44,510 nucleotides of DNA. Source: Planctomycetota bacterium (lineage in GTDB: Bacteria; Planctomycetota; JAJSAM01; JAKLKS01). The DNA lies in assembly GCA_023150535.1 (NCBI GenBank), contig JAKLKS010000003.1, positions 1-44,510 on the forward strand, written 5' to 3'. A program made the translations under genes and the position numbers. Below are positions 1 through 7,056 of the stretch, piece after piece; within the stretch, counting starts at the first letter, position 1, and each line of letters begins with the position of its first letter. Below the pieces are notes generated by a model that worked only from the letters and a program-made list of their open reading frames with translations, was not told the origin of the DNA and did not search any database.

Positions 1-1
1 G

Positions 2-625
2 CCGCTGGCCGCGGCGGCGGGGATCCTCGGCGCCCTCGAGGCGCGCGCCTCGGGGACGCCGGCCCCGCTCCGGTGGGGGTGGAGGACCGCGCTCGCGGGG
101 TGGGGGGCCTTCGTCTCCGTGCCGCCGGGGGACCGGACCGCGATCCTCGTCGGCGGCCTCGCCGCGGGGACGCTGGTGCTGCTCGCCCTCCTCGACCGCG
201 GCGCGCGGGGGGAGGCGGCGGCCGCCTTCGCGCCGGCCGTGGCCGCGGCGGCGGTGGGGACGGCCGTGGCGCTCGGGCTCTCGGGGACGGTCCTCCTGGC
301 CCAGGTCGCGGGCACGCTGGCGGCGGGGTCGGGCGCGGCGGCGGCGCTGTCGCTGCGGCGGCCAGCGCTTCCCGCGGGGGCGGTGCTCCCCTCGGGCGTC
401 GTGCTGGCCGCGCTCCTCCCCAACGGGGCCCTCTTCGCCGAACTCCCCGTGGCGGCCGCCCTCCTCCTCGCGGCGGCCCCCCTCGGGACGCTGCTCCCCG
501 ACGGCCTCCTCCGCCCGCTGCCCCGCCCCTGGATGCGCGCGGGGGCGCGGGTCGGCGCCGCGGTCCTCCTCGCGGGAGGGGCGGCGGCGGTGGCCTTCGC
601 GGCGTCCCCGGGTACCGGGTACTGA
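2..625 (+). CDS. polytopic membrane protein, 5' end outside the window
   Basis: Frame is open from nt 2 to TGA 623-625. Ala/Leu/Gly-rich hydrophobic segments resemble TM helices. G/C at almost every third codon position in this frame only. Confidence 0.5.
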   Translation, partial: PLAAAAGILGALEARASGTPAPLRWGWRTALAGWGAFVSVPPGDRTAILVGGLAAGTLVLLALLDRGARGEAAAAFAPAVAAAAVGTAVALGLSGTVLLAQVAGTLAAGSGAAAALSLRRPALPAGAVLPSGVVLAALLPNGALFAELPVAAALLLAAAPLGTLLPDGLLRPLPRPWMRAGARVGAAVLLAGGAAAVAFAASPGTGY

Positions 626-751
626 CGGGAGGGGGAGCGGGGGGAGAGGCACCGGGCCGCCCTCGAGCGCCTCGACCGCCTGCGGCGGCGGGCGCGGGGT
701 AGGGCCACCGACGCCACCGCCTGGATCCGGGAGCTGCGCGACCGTGGCTGA
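626..751 (+). pseudogene. start-less antitoxin-like reading frame immediately upstream of vapC
   Basis: 42 sense codons (…HRAALERLDRLRRRARGRATDATAWIRELRDRG*) with coding-like GC3. Its TGA (749-751) overlaps the vapC GTG (744). There is no ATG/GTG/TTG anywhere in the frame after the upstream TGA. Confidence 0.3.
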
Positions 752-1178
752 GGCGGGGGACCTCGTCCTCGACGCCTCCGTCGCGGTGAAGCTCCTCCTC
801 GAGGAGGAGGGGTCGGCCGGGGCGCGCCGGATCCTCGGGGAGGGGGGAGGCGCGGGGAGGCGCCTCCACGTGCCGGAGACCTTCTTCGCCGAGTGCGGGC
901 ACGTCTTCCGCCGGGCGGTGATCCGGTCGGGGTTCCCCCCGCGGTGGGCGGAGGAGGCCGCGGCGGGGATGGCGGCCCTCGACCTCGTCTCCTGGCCGGT
1001 GCGGGACCTCGTCCCCGGCGCGGTGGCCCTGGCGAACGCGGAGGGGCTGTCGGTGTACGACGCCTGCTACGTCGTCCTCTCGGACCGGCTGGGGGCGCCG
1101 CTCCTCACGGCGGACCGGAGGCTCCGGGAGCGCCTCCGGGGGTCGGGGCACGCCGTGGAGGAGCCGGGGGAGGGCTGA
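744..1178 (+). CDS. vapC: PIN-domain ribonuclease toxin (VapC-like)
   Basis: 144 aa. N-terminal 'LVLDASVAV' and C-terminal 'YDACYVVLS…LLTADRRL' carry the acidic PIN-domain signature. Confidence 0.8.
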   Translation: MAEAGDLVLDASVAVKLLLEEEGSAGARRILGEGGGAGRRLHVPETFFAECGHVFRRAVIRSGFPPRWAEEAAAGMAALDLVSWPVRDLVPGAVALANAEGLSVYDACYVVLSDRLGAPLLTADRRLRERLRGSGHAVEEPGEG

Positions 1179-1181
1179 CGC

Positions 1182-1228
1182 GGAAGCGTACTATACAAAA
1201 AATCACGATTTTTGTATAGTACGCTTCC
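1182..1228. repeat. perfect 20-bp inverted repeat with AT-rich core
   Basis: ggaagcgtactatacaaaaa (1182-1201), loop atcacga, tttttgtatagtacgcttcc (1209-1228). It fills the gap between the vapC stop (1178) and the next ATG (1229). Confidence 0.9.
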
Positions 1229-2374
1229 ATGGTACCCCGCCCCTTCTGGACCCGCCGCATGGAGGCCTGCTGGCGGGAGGCCCCCGTCCTCTGGCTCACC
1301 GGCGTGCGCCGGAGCGGGAAGACCTCCCTGGCCCGCTCCCTCGACCCGGAGCGGACGCTCCACCTCGACTGCGACCTCCCGTCGGTGGAGGGGATGGTCC
1401 GGGACCCGGCCCTGTTCTTCCGCGACTGCGGGAAGCCGGTCGTCGTCTTCGACGAGATCCACAGGCTCCCCGACCCGAGCCGCGTCCTCAAGGTGGGGGC
1501 CGACCACTTCCCGGGCCTGCGGATCCTTGCCACGGGCTCCTCGACCCTGGAGGCCAGCGGGAAGTTCCGGGACACGCTGGCCGGGAGGAAGCGGACCCTC
1601 CGCCTCCTGCCCGTGCTCGCGGAGGAGCTCCCCGCCTTCGGGGCCACCCTCGCGAGGCGGCTCCACCAGGGGGGCCTCCCGCAGGCCCTGCTGGCGGAGG
1701 GGAAGCCCCCCTCCTTCTTCCGGGAGTGGCTGGATTCCTTCTTCGCCTTCGACGTCCAGAGACTCTTCGGGATCCGCAGCGCCGAGAGGTTCAACGCCTT
1801 CTTCGAGTTCCTGCTGCGGCAGAGCGGCGGGCTCCTCGACCGGAGCCGGGCGGCGGCGGCGCTCGGCGTGGCGCGGCCGACCGTGGAGAGCCACCTCGCG
1901 GTCCTCGAGGCGACGGGGGCGGTGACGGTGGTCCGCCCCTTCCACGGCGGCAGCCGGCGGGAGATCGTGAAGATGCCCCGGGTCTACGGTTTCGACACCG
2001 GGTTCGTCTCCTTCGCGCGGGGGTGGGAGCCCCTGCGCTCCGAGGACCTCGGCGCCCTCTGGGAGCACCTGGTCCTGGAGCACCTCCTGGCGCACCATCC
2101 CTGGACGGCCATCGGCTTCTGGAGGGACAGCGCGGGCCGGGAGGTGGACTTCGTGATCCCCCGGGCCCGGGGGGCGGCGGACGCCGTGGAGTGCAAGTGG
2201 AACCCCGCCGACCTCGACCCCGCGGGGCTCCGGGCCTTCCGTGGACTCCATCCCGGGGGGCGGAACTGGCTCGTCGTCCCCGGGGACGGGCCTCCCCACG
2301 CGCGGCGGTTCGGCGGGCTCGAGGTGACGGTCTGCGGGCCGGGGGACCTTCCCTCCGCCGCGGAGCCCCGCTGA
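1229..2374 (+). CDS. AAA-family ATP-binding protein (AAA_14 + DUF4143-like architecture)
   Basis: 381 aa. Walker A 'GVRRSGKTS', Walker B 'VVVFDEIH', and a C-terminal restriction-endonuclease-like tail 'GREVDFVI…VECK'. Confidence 0.8.
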   Translation: MVPRPFWTRRMEACWREAPVLWLTGVRRSGKTSLARSLDPERTLHLDCDLPSVEGMVRDPALFFRDCGKPVVVFDEIHRLPDPSRVLKVGADHFPGLRILATGSSTLEASGKFRDTLAGRKRTLRLLPVLAEELPAFGATLARRLHQGGLPQALLAEGKPPSFFREWLDSFFAFDVQRLFGIRSAERFNAFFEFLLRQSGGLLDRSRAAAALGVARPTVESHLAVLEATGAVTVVRPFHGGSRREIVKMPRVYGFDTGFVSFARGWEPLRSEDLGALWEHLVLEHLLAHHPWTAIGFWRDSAGREVDFVIPRARGAADAVECKWNPADLDPAGLRAFRGLHPGGRNWLVVPGDGPPHARRFGGLEVTVCGPGDLPSAAEPR

Positions 2375-2398
2375 CCGTCGCGCGAGGGGGCGGCCAGC

Positions 2399-3472
2399 CT
2401 ACCCCTCCCCCCCCGGCCGCACCACCCAGTAGGCGTTCTGCACGTCGTGCTCGAGGCGGTGCACGGTATAGGAGCCGAAGCCGGCCTCGGCCAGCATCGC
2501 CCCGGCCCTCTCCCGGCCCCACATCGCCCCGAGCCCGTCCCCGCCCTGGGCGAGGGAGACGGTCATGCAGTGCATGCAGGAGACGGTGTAGAGGAAGGGG
2601 GCCAGCGGGTGGTCCATGTTCCCCTCCACGGTGCTCGACCCGTGGATGTCCTGCATGAGGTAGTGCCCGTCGGGCCGCAGCGTCCGCCGGATCCCCCGCA
2701 GGAGGTTCCCCGGCTTCGCCTGGTCGTGGACGGCGTCGAAGGTGGTGACGAGCCCGAAGGCGGCCGGCTCCGCCTCCTCGTGGAAGCGGGAGAGGTCCCG
2801 CGCCTCGAAGCGGACGTTCCCGAGGCCGGCCTCCGCGGCCCGGGCGCGGGCCCAGACCACCGCCTCCTCCGAGAGGTCGATGCCGAGGAACTCGCTCCGC
2901 GGGTACCGCGCCGCGAGGTGGAGGAGCGCGCGCCCCCGGCCGCAGCCGAGGTCGAGGACCCGCTCCCCCCGCTCGAGGCGCTCCGGGTACCCCGGCACGA
3001 GGGGGAGGACCCGGTCCTCCAGCGCCGGGAGCAGCGACTGCCCGGAATCCTCGGCCATGACCTCGTGGAAGCGGCCGTAGCGGGAGTAGGGGACGCCGCC
3101 CCCCTCCCGGAAGCAGCGCACGACGTCGTCCTCGACGGAGCCGAGGAGGCCGACGTACTGGGTGAGGGTGGCGAGGTTGTCGGCGCCGCCGCGGCGGCAG
3201 AGGAGCGGCACGTGGGCCGCGGGGAGGGAGAAGGTCCCGGCCGCCGGGTCGTGGTCCACGACGCGGAGGGTGGCCATGGCGCCGAGCCACTCCCGCACGT
3301 AGCGCTCCTCGAGGCCCGCCGCCGCGGCGATGGCCGCCGGCGTGGAGGGGGGAAGGTCGGCCAGGGCGTCGAAGAGGCCGGTCCGGTGGCCGACGGAGGT
3401 CATGAGGGCGAGGGAGGAGGCGTTGAGGGAATCGACGATGCGGTCCAGCAGGGGCGTCGCGGCGGCGGTCAC
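2399..3472 (-). CDS. class I SAM-dependent methyltransferase with N-terminal winged-helix-like domain
   Basis: 357 aa. Motif I 'VLDLGCGRG'. GTG start at 3472 is preceded by AAGGAG 5 nt upstream. Confidence 0.85.
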   Translation of the reverse strand: MTAAATPLLDRIVDSLNASSLALMTSVGHRTGLFDALADLPPSTPAAIAAAAGLEERYVREWLGAMATLRVVDHDPAAGTFSLPAAHVPLLCRRGGADNLATLTQYVGLLGSVEDDVVRCFREGGGVPYSRYGRFHEVMAEDSGQSLLPALEDRVLPLVPGYPERLERGERVLDLGCGRGRALLHLAARYPRSEFLGIDLSEEAVVWARARAAEAGLGNVRFEARDLSRFHEEAEPAAFGLVTTFDAVHDQAKPGNLLRGIRRTLRPDGHYLMQDIHGSSTVEGNMDHPLAPFLYTVSCMHCMTVSLAQGGDGLGAMWGRERAGAMLAEAGFGSYTVHRLEHDVQNAYWVVRPGGEG

Positions 3473-3511
3473 GGCGGCTCCTTTCCGGTCCCCGGCGGGG
3501 ACCCCGTTCAG

Positions 3512-3531
3512 AACATACCGTTTGGTATGTT
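3512..3531. promoter_or_regulatory. candidate TetR operator
   Basis: aacatacc-gttt-ggtatgtt, 8-bp arms, in the divergent methyltransferase/tetR intergenic region. TATGTT reads as a -10-like hexamer on both strands. A second palindrome accgtacggt lies at 3585-3594. Confidence 0.4.
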
Positions 3532-3610
3532 ACGGGCGGGGCGACGGGCGTCAAGGGGATTCCGCCGGAGCGAAGTGGAAGGGTACCGTACGGTCTGGTA
3601 CCCTGTCCCC

Positions 3611-4222
3611 ATGAGCGATCGCGGCGCGGCCACCCGGGAGCGCATCCTCGACGCCGCCCACCGCCGCGTGATGGACCGGGGCTTCGCCGCCACCCCGCTC
3701 GACGCCGTCCTCGCGGACGCCGGGGTCACCAAGGGGGCCTTCTTCCACCACTTCGAATCCAAGGCCGACCTCGCGGAGGCGCTGGCCCGGCGCTACGCCG
3801 AGGGCGAGGCGGCGGCGCTCGAGGGCCTCTTCCGCCGCGCGGCCGCCCTCTCCGACGACCCGCTCCAGCGGGTGCTCCTCGTGGTCGGCCTCCTCGCCGA
3901 GGCGGTCGAGGGGGCGGGGGAGGGGGATCCCGGCTGCCTCCTCGCCTCCTACTGCTACGAGAAGGACCTCATGACCCCGCCGGTGCGCCGGATCCTGGGG
4001 CAGGCCCTCGGGGGGTGGCGGAAGCGCTTCGGGGCGGCGCTCCGGGAGGCGGCCGCCGTCCACCCGCCGCGCGCGCCCGTGGACTTCGATCTCCTGGCCG
4101 ACCACTCCAACGCGGTCATCGAGGGGGCCTTCATCATGGCCCGGGTCCTCGGGCGGAAGGGAGTCGTCGCCGCCCACCTGCGGGAGTTCCGGCGGTACCT
4201 GGAGCTGCTCTTCGAGGGGTAG
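3611..4222 (+). CDS. TetR/AcrR-family transcriptional regulator
   Basis: 203 aa. N-terminal HTH 'TRERILDAAHRRVMDRGFAATPLDAVLADAGVTKGAFFHHFESK'. Confidence 0.9.
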   Translation: MSDRGAATRERILDAAHRRVMDRGFAATPLDAVLADAGVTKGAFFHHFESKADLAEALARRYAEGEAAALEGLFRRAAALSDDPLQRVLLVVGLLAEAVEGAGEGDPGCLLASYCYEKDLMTPPVRRILGQALGGWRKRFGAALREAAAVHPPRAPVDFDLLADHSNAVIEGAFIMARVLGRKGVVAAHLREFRRYLELLFEG

Positions 4223-4231
4223 GTGGCGGCG

Positions 4232-6244
4232 CTACTCCTCCCCGAGACGCACCGTCCGCTCCGCGGGCTTCCCCACGACGAGGAGGACGCGCAGTTCGCG
4301 GCCGCCGCCGGGTTCGTCGCGGCGGGCGACGAGGAGGCGGTGGGGGCCCGGCGCGAGGCCCTCGAGGAGGAGCGTCCCCTCCGGTGCGGGGTGGATCGCC
4401 CCGTCGAGGAGGACGAGGGCGTCGGCGGGCTTCCCCTCCCCGTCCAGGATCCGGAGCGCGAGCACGCAGGTGCCCGGGGGCGCCGCCGGCTCCTCCTCCG
4501 CATCGTCGTCCTCCTCCGGCAGGGTCCGCCCCTCGCCGGGCCGCACCTCGACCGTCCCCCCCTCGAGCGGCGGCAGGTCGACCTCGAGTTCCCGCGTCGT
4601 CCCCGTGCCGTCGTCGTAGCGCAGCGTCACCCGCCCCTCGGCCCAGGTCTCGAGCGCCCCCCCGGCGGCGCGGAAGGCGACCTCGCGCTCCCCGTCGAGG
4701 AGTTCCGCCTCCCGCGCCCCCTTGGGGAGGATCACCCTCCGCGGCTCGGGGATCGCCACCTTCGCCTCGCGGACGCCGTCCCTCACGGGGCCGACGAGGA
4801 AGAAGAAGGGGGGCGCGCCCTCCACTTCCACCCGGAGCTTGGCGGTCGCATCGCCGGGGAGCCAGGGGGACCAGGGCTCCTCGGGGGTCTGCTCCCCATC
4901 CAACTCGTAGCCGGGCAGGGCGAGGACCAGATCGGCCCCCTCGGGGACTTCCCCCGTCACGCGGAGCCGCGGACGGGGCCGCACCTCGAGGAGGAGGTCC
5001 GCCGGGGCGCCGGTGGCCGCCTGTCCCATGACGTGGTCGAACTCGAACTTCCCGAAGGGATTGTCGGGACGGACGACGAAGGGGCCCGCGGGGATCTCCT
5101 CCAGCGCCTCTCCCGGGAGGGGATCGTTCGCGCCCCCCGGGTCCGCGGAGGCCGTGGTGCCTGCTGGCCCGCGGAAGGTCCGTAGGGACATGACCCGGTA
5201 GGCCACGCCGCCCGCGGGGGCGTCATCCGCGGTGCGTGCCCGGATGCGGACCGTCGCGGTCTCCTCCTCCTCGACCACCCCGAGGGAGGTGACGACCACG
5301 GTCATGGGGACGCCGGGCACGGCGTCGTCGACATGCCAGTCGCCCTCGTCCTCGGTCAGGTCCCCCTCGGGGAAGAAGACAATGGAGTCGCCCTCCACCC
5401 CCTCGAGGACGAACCGCCCGTCGGGGCCGGTCATCGTCGCCGGGCCTCTCTGTTCGTTCCAGGCGCGCACGACGCACCCGGCCTGCGGCCGCCCGAGGGG
5501 ATCGAGGACGCGGCCCTCGAAGCGCAGGCCCGGTTCCCCGACGAGGACGGCCGGGCGGGAGCCGAGCGATTCGGGGCCGTCGGCGGCGACGAGGTCCGAA
5601 GCGATGCCCGGGCCCTCGATCCAGTACTGGCCCAGCCGGCACCGGTGATCCCCCAGGGTGAAGGTCCCGTCCGCCCCCGTCGTCGCGCGGAGCGCGGCGG
5701 TGCCGTGGCTGCAGCCGCCGAGGTACTCCACCGACCCGCCGGCGACGGGGCGCCCGAGAGGATCGAGGAGCACCCCGCGGAAGGGGCGGCCCCGCTCGAG
5801 GAGGACCTCCGTCTCCGGCACCGGGCCGTACTCGTGGGCCGGCGCGTAGCCCTCGGCGAGGACGAGCCAGTGGCAGTCGTCCTTCCAGAGCCAGGGGAGG
5901 GATTCCATCCGCGCGATCCCCTCGGCGTCGGTCACCGCGACCTGCATCACCGCGTCGGCGCGGAGATCGCCCCCGGGGCCCATCTCCGGCGTCCGCACCC
6001 AGCGCGCCCCCGGGACCGGCCGCCCCGTGGCGGCGTCGAGGACGCGGAGGCCGAACCACTCCGAGCCGGAATCCCCCTCCTCCTCGTCGCCGAAGCCCTG
6101 GTCCGGATCGGGCAGGAACCCCTCCCAGGGGCGGTCGTACTCCCCCTCCGCGCCGGGGGGCGGGGCGGCCTCCTCCGCGGGGGGGGGGCCCGGGGCGGCG
6201 AGGAGGCCGAGGACGAGCAGGGCGGGGATCCGCAGGATCACCAC
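4232..6244 (-). CDS. secreted protein with repeated carboxypeptidase-regulatory-like (CarboxypepD_reg) beta-sandwich modules
   Basis: About 670 aa from GTG 6244 (alternative GTG 6241). Signal-like 'VILRIPALLVLGLLAAPG'. Repeats such as 'GRVLDPLGRPQAGCVV…TGPDGRFVL' and 'GVLLDPLGRPVAGGSV…TGADGTFTL'. The start overlaps the stop of the upstream cytochrome c gene. Confidence 0.7.
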   Translation of the reverse strand: MVILRIPALLVLGLLAAPGPPPAEEAAPPPGAEGEYDRPWEGFLPDPDQGFGDEEEGDSGSEWFGLRVLDAATGRPVPGARWVRTPEMGPGGDLRADAVMQVAVTDAEGIARMESLPWLWKDDCHWLVLAEGYAPAHEYGPVPETEVLLERGRPFRGVLLDPLGRPVAGGSVEYLGGCSHGTAALRATTGADGTFTLGDHRCRLGQYWIEGPGIASDLVAADGPESLGSRPAVLVGEPGLRFEGRVLDPLGRPQAGCVVRAWNEQRGPATMTGPDGRFVLEGVEGDSIVFFPEGDLTEDEGDWHVDDAVPGVPMTVVVTSLGVVEEEETATVRIRARTADDAPAGGVAYRVMSLRTFRGPAGTTASADPGGANDPLPGEALEEIPAGPFVVRPDNPFGKFEFDHVMGQAATGAPADLLLEVRPRPRLRVTGEVPEGADLVLALPGYELDGEQTPEEPWSPWLPGDATAKLRVEVEGAPPFFFLVGPVRDGVREAKVAIPEPRRVILPKGAREAELLDGEREVAFRAAGGALETWAEGRVTLRYDDGTGTTRELEVDLPPLEGGTVEVRPGEGRTLPEEDDDAEEEPAAPPGTCVLALRILDGEGKPADALVLLDGAIHPAPEGTLLLEGLAPGPHRLLVARRDEPGGGRELRVLLVVGKPAERTVRLGEE

Positions 6245-7023
6245 TTTCCTCCGTCGATGAGCGCCGCGAGGTCGGCCAGGTCCTGGTCCGGGAGCGCGTC
6301 GGGCGTGAAGAAGGGCATCCAGGCGTCCCCGGTCCGCCGCTCGGCGTCGCCGGGCCCGGAGCGGACGTAGGCGATCACCCGCCGGGCGTCGGGGGCGGTG
6401 TCGTCCCGGAGCGTCGGGCCGAGCGCGTCCGGCCCCCCGCTCCCGTGGCAGGGGGCGCAGGCCGCCGCGAAGACCGCCCGCCCCCGGGCCGCGTCCCCGG
6501 GGAGCGCGGCCACCCGGGCCAGCGCCTCCCGCGAGGAATCCCGCGCCGCCGGCGAGGGGGGGTGGGGGCCGGGCCGGGCGAGTGTATCTAAATATGATAC
6601 AATGGCGGCGAGGTCGGCGGGGGGGACCTCGACCTTCGACAGGTCGCGGCCGCCGTCGGGCGTCACCGGGAGGACCGTGTTCCAGGATCGCTGCTGGAAC
6701 CGGGCGACGCAGGTCAGCGCCGCGTCGCCGACGGACTCCCCCTTCGCGGCGTCGAGCGCCCCGTGCCACCAGGAGGGCCGCCGCGTCGCGTCGGCCAGCG
6801 TGTGCCCGACCCGCCGCCGATCCCGGTCCGGCTGGTCCTCGGCGGAGCGGGAGTGGCAGTCGGCGCAGGAGAGGCCGCCGACCCGGCGCTCGAAGAGGGC
6901 CCTCCCCCGGTCGGCGGGGGAGGCGGCGGCGGTCGGAGGGGCGTGGGCGGGGTCCGCCTCCGGGGAGCAGGCCGCCGCGGCGAGGGCGACGAGGAGGAGC
7001 GGGGCGAGTCCGGCGGGTCCCAT
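6238..7023 (-). CDS. dihaem c-type cytochrome lipoprotein
   Basis: 261 aa. Lipobox 'LVALAAAAC' and two CxxCH motifs (CADCH, CAPCH). Confidence 0.8.
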   Translation of the reverse strand: MGPAGLAPLLLVALAAAACSPEADPAHAPPTAAASPADRGRALFERRVGGLSCADCHSRSAEDQPDRDRRRVGHTLADATRRPSWWHGALDAAKGESVGDAALTCVARFQQRSWNTVLPVTPDGGRDLSKVEVPPADLAAIVSYLDTLARPGPHPPSPAARDSSREALARVAALPGDAARGRAVFAAACAPCHGSGGPDALGPTLRDDTAPDARRVIAYVRSGPGDAERRTGDAWMPFFTPDALPDQDLADLAALIDGGKW

Positions 7024-7029
7024 GGCCCG

Positions 7030-7050
7030 ATTGTACGGGGGAGTTAGGAT
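7030..7050. promoter_or_regulatory. back-to-back -10-like hexamers for two divergent, probably leaderless genes
   Basis: Minus strand: TACAAT (7035-7030), then 6 nt, then ATG 7023. Plus strand: TAGGAT (7045-7050), then 6 nt, then ATG 7057. Confidence 0.4.
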
Positions 7051-7056
7051 CGGGAG

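Noticed and set aside
623-625. TGA read-through or recoding that would join the membrane-protein ORF to the antitoxin-like frame.
   Set aside because: TGA functions as an ordinary stop for many well-defined genes in this window (vapC, the kinase, atpF, the ABC ATPase). Nothing suggests an alternative genetic code.
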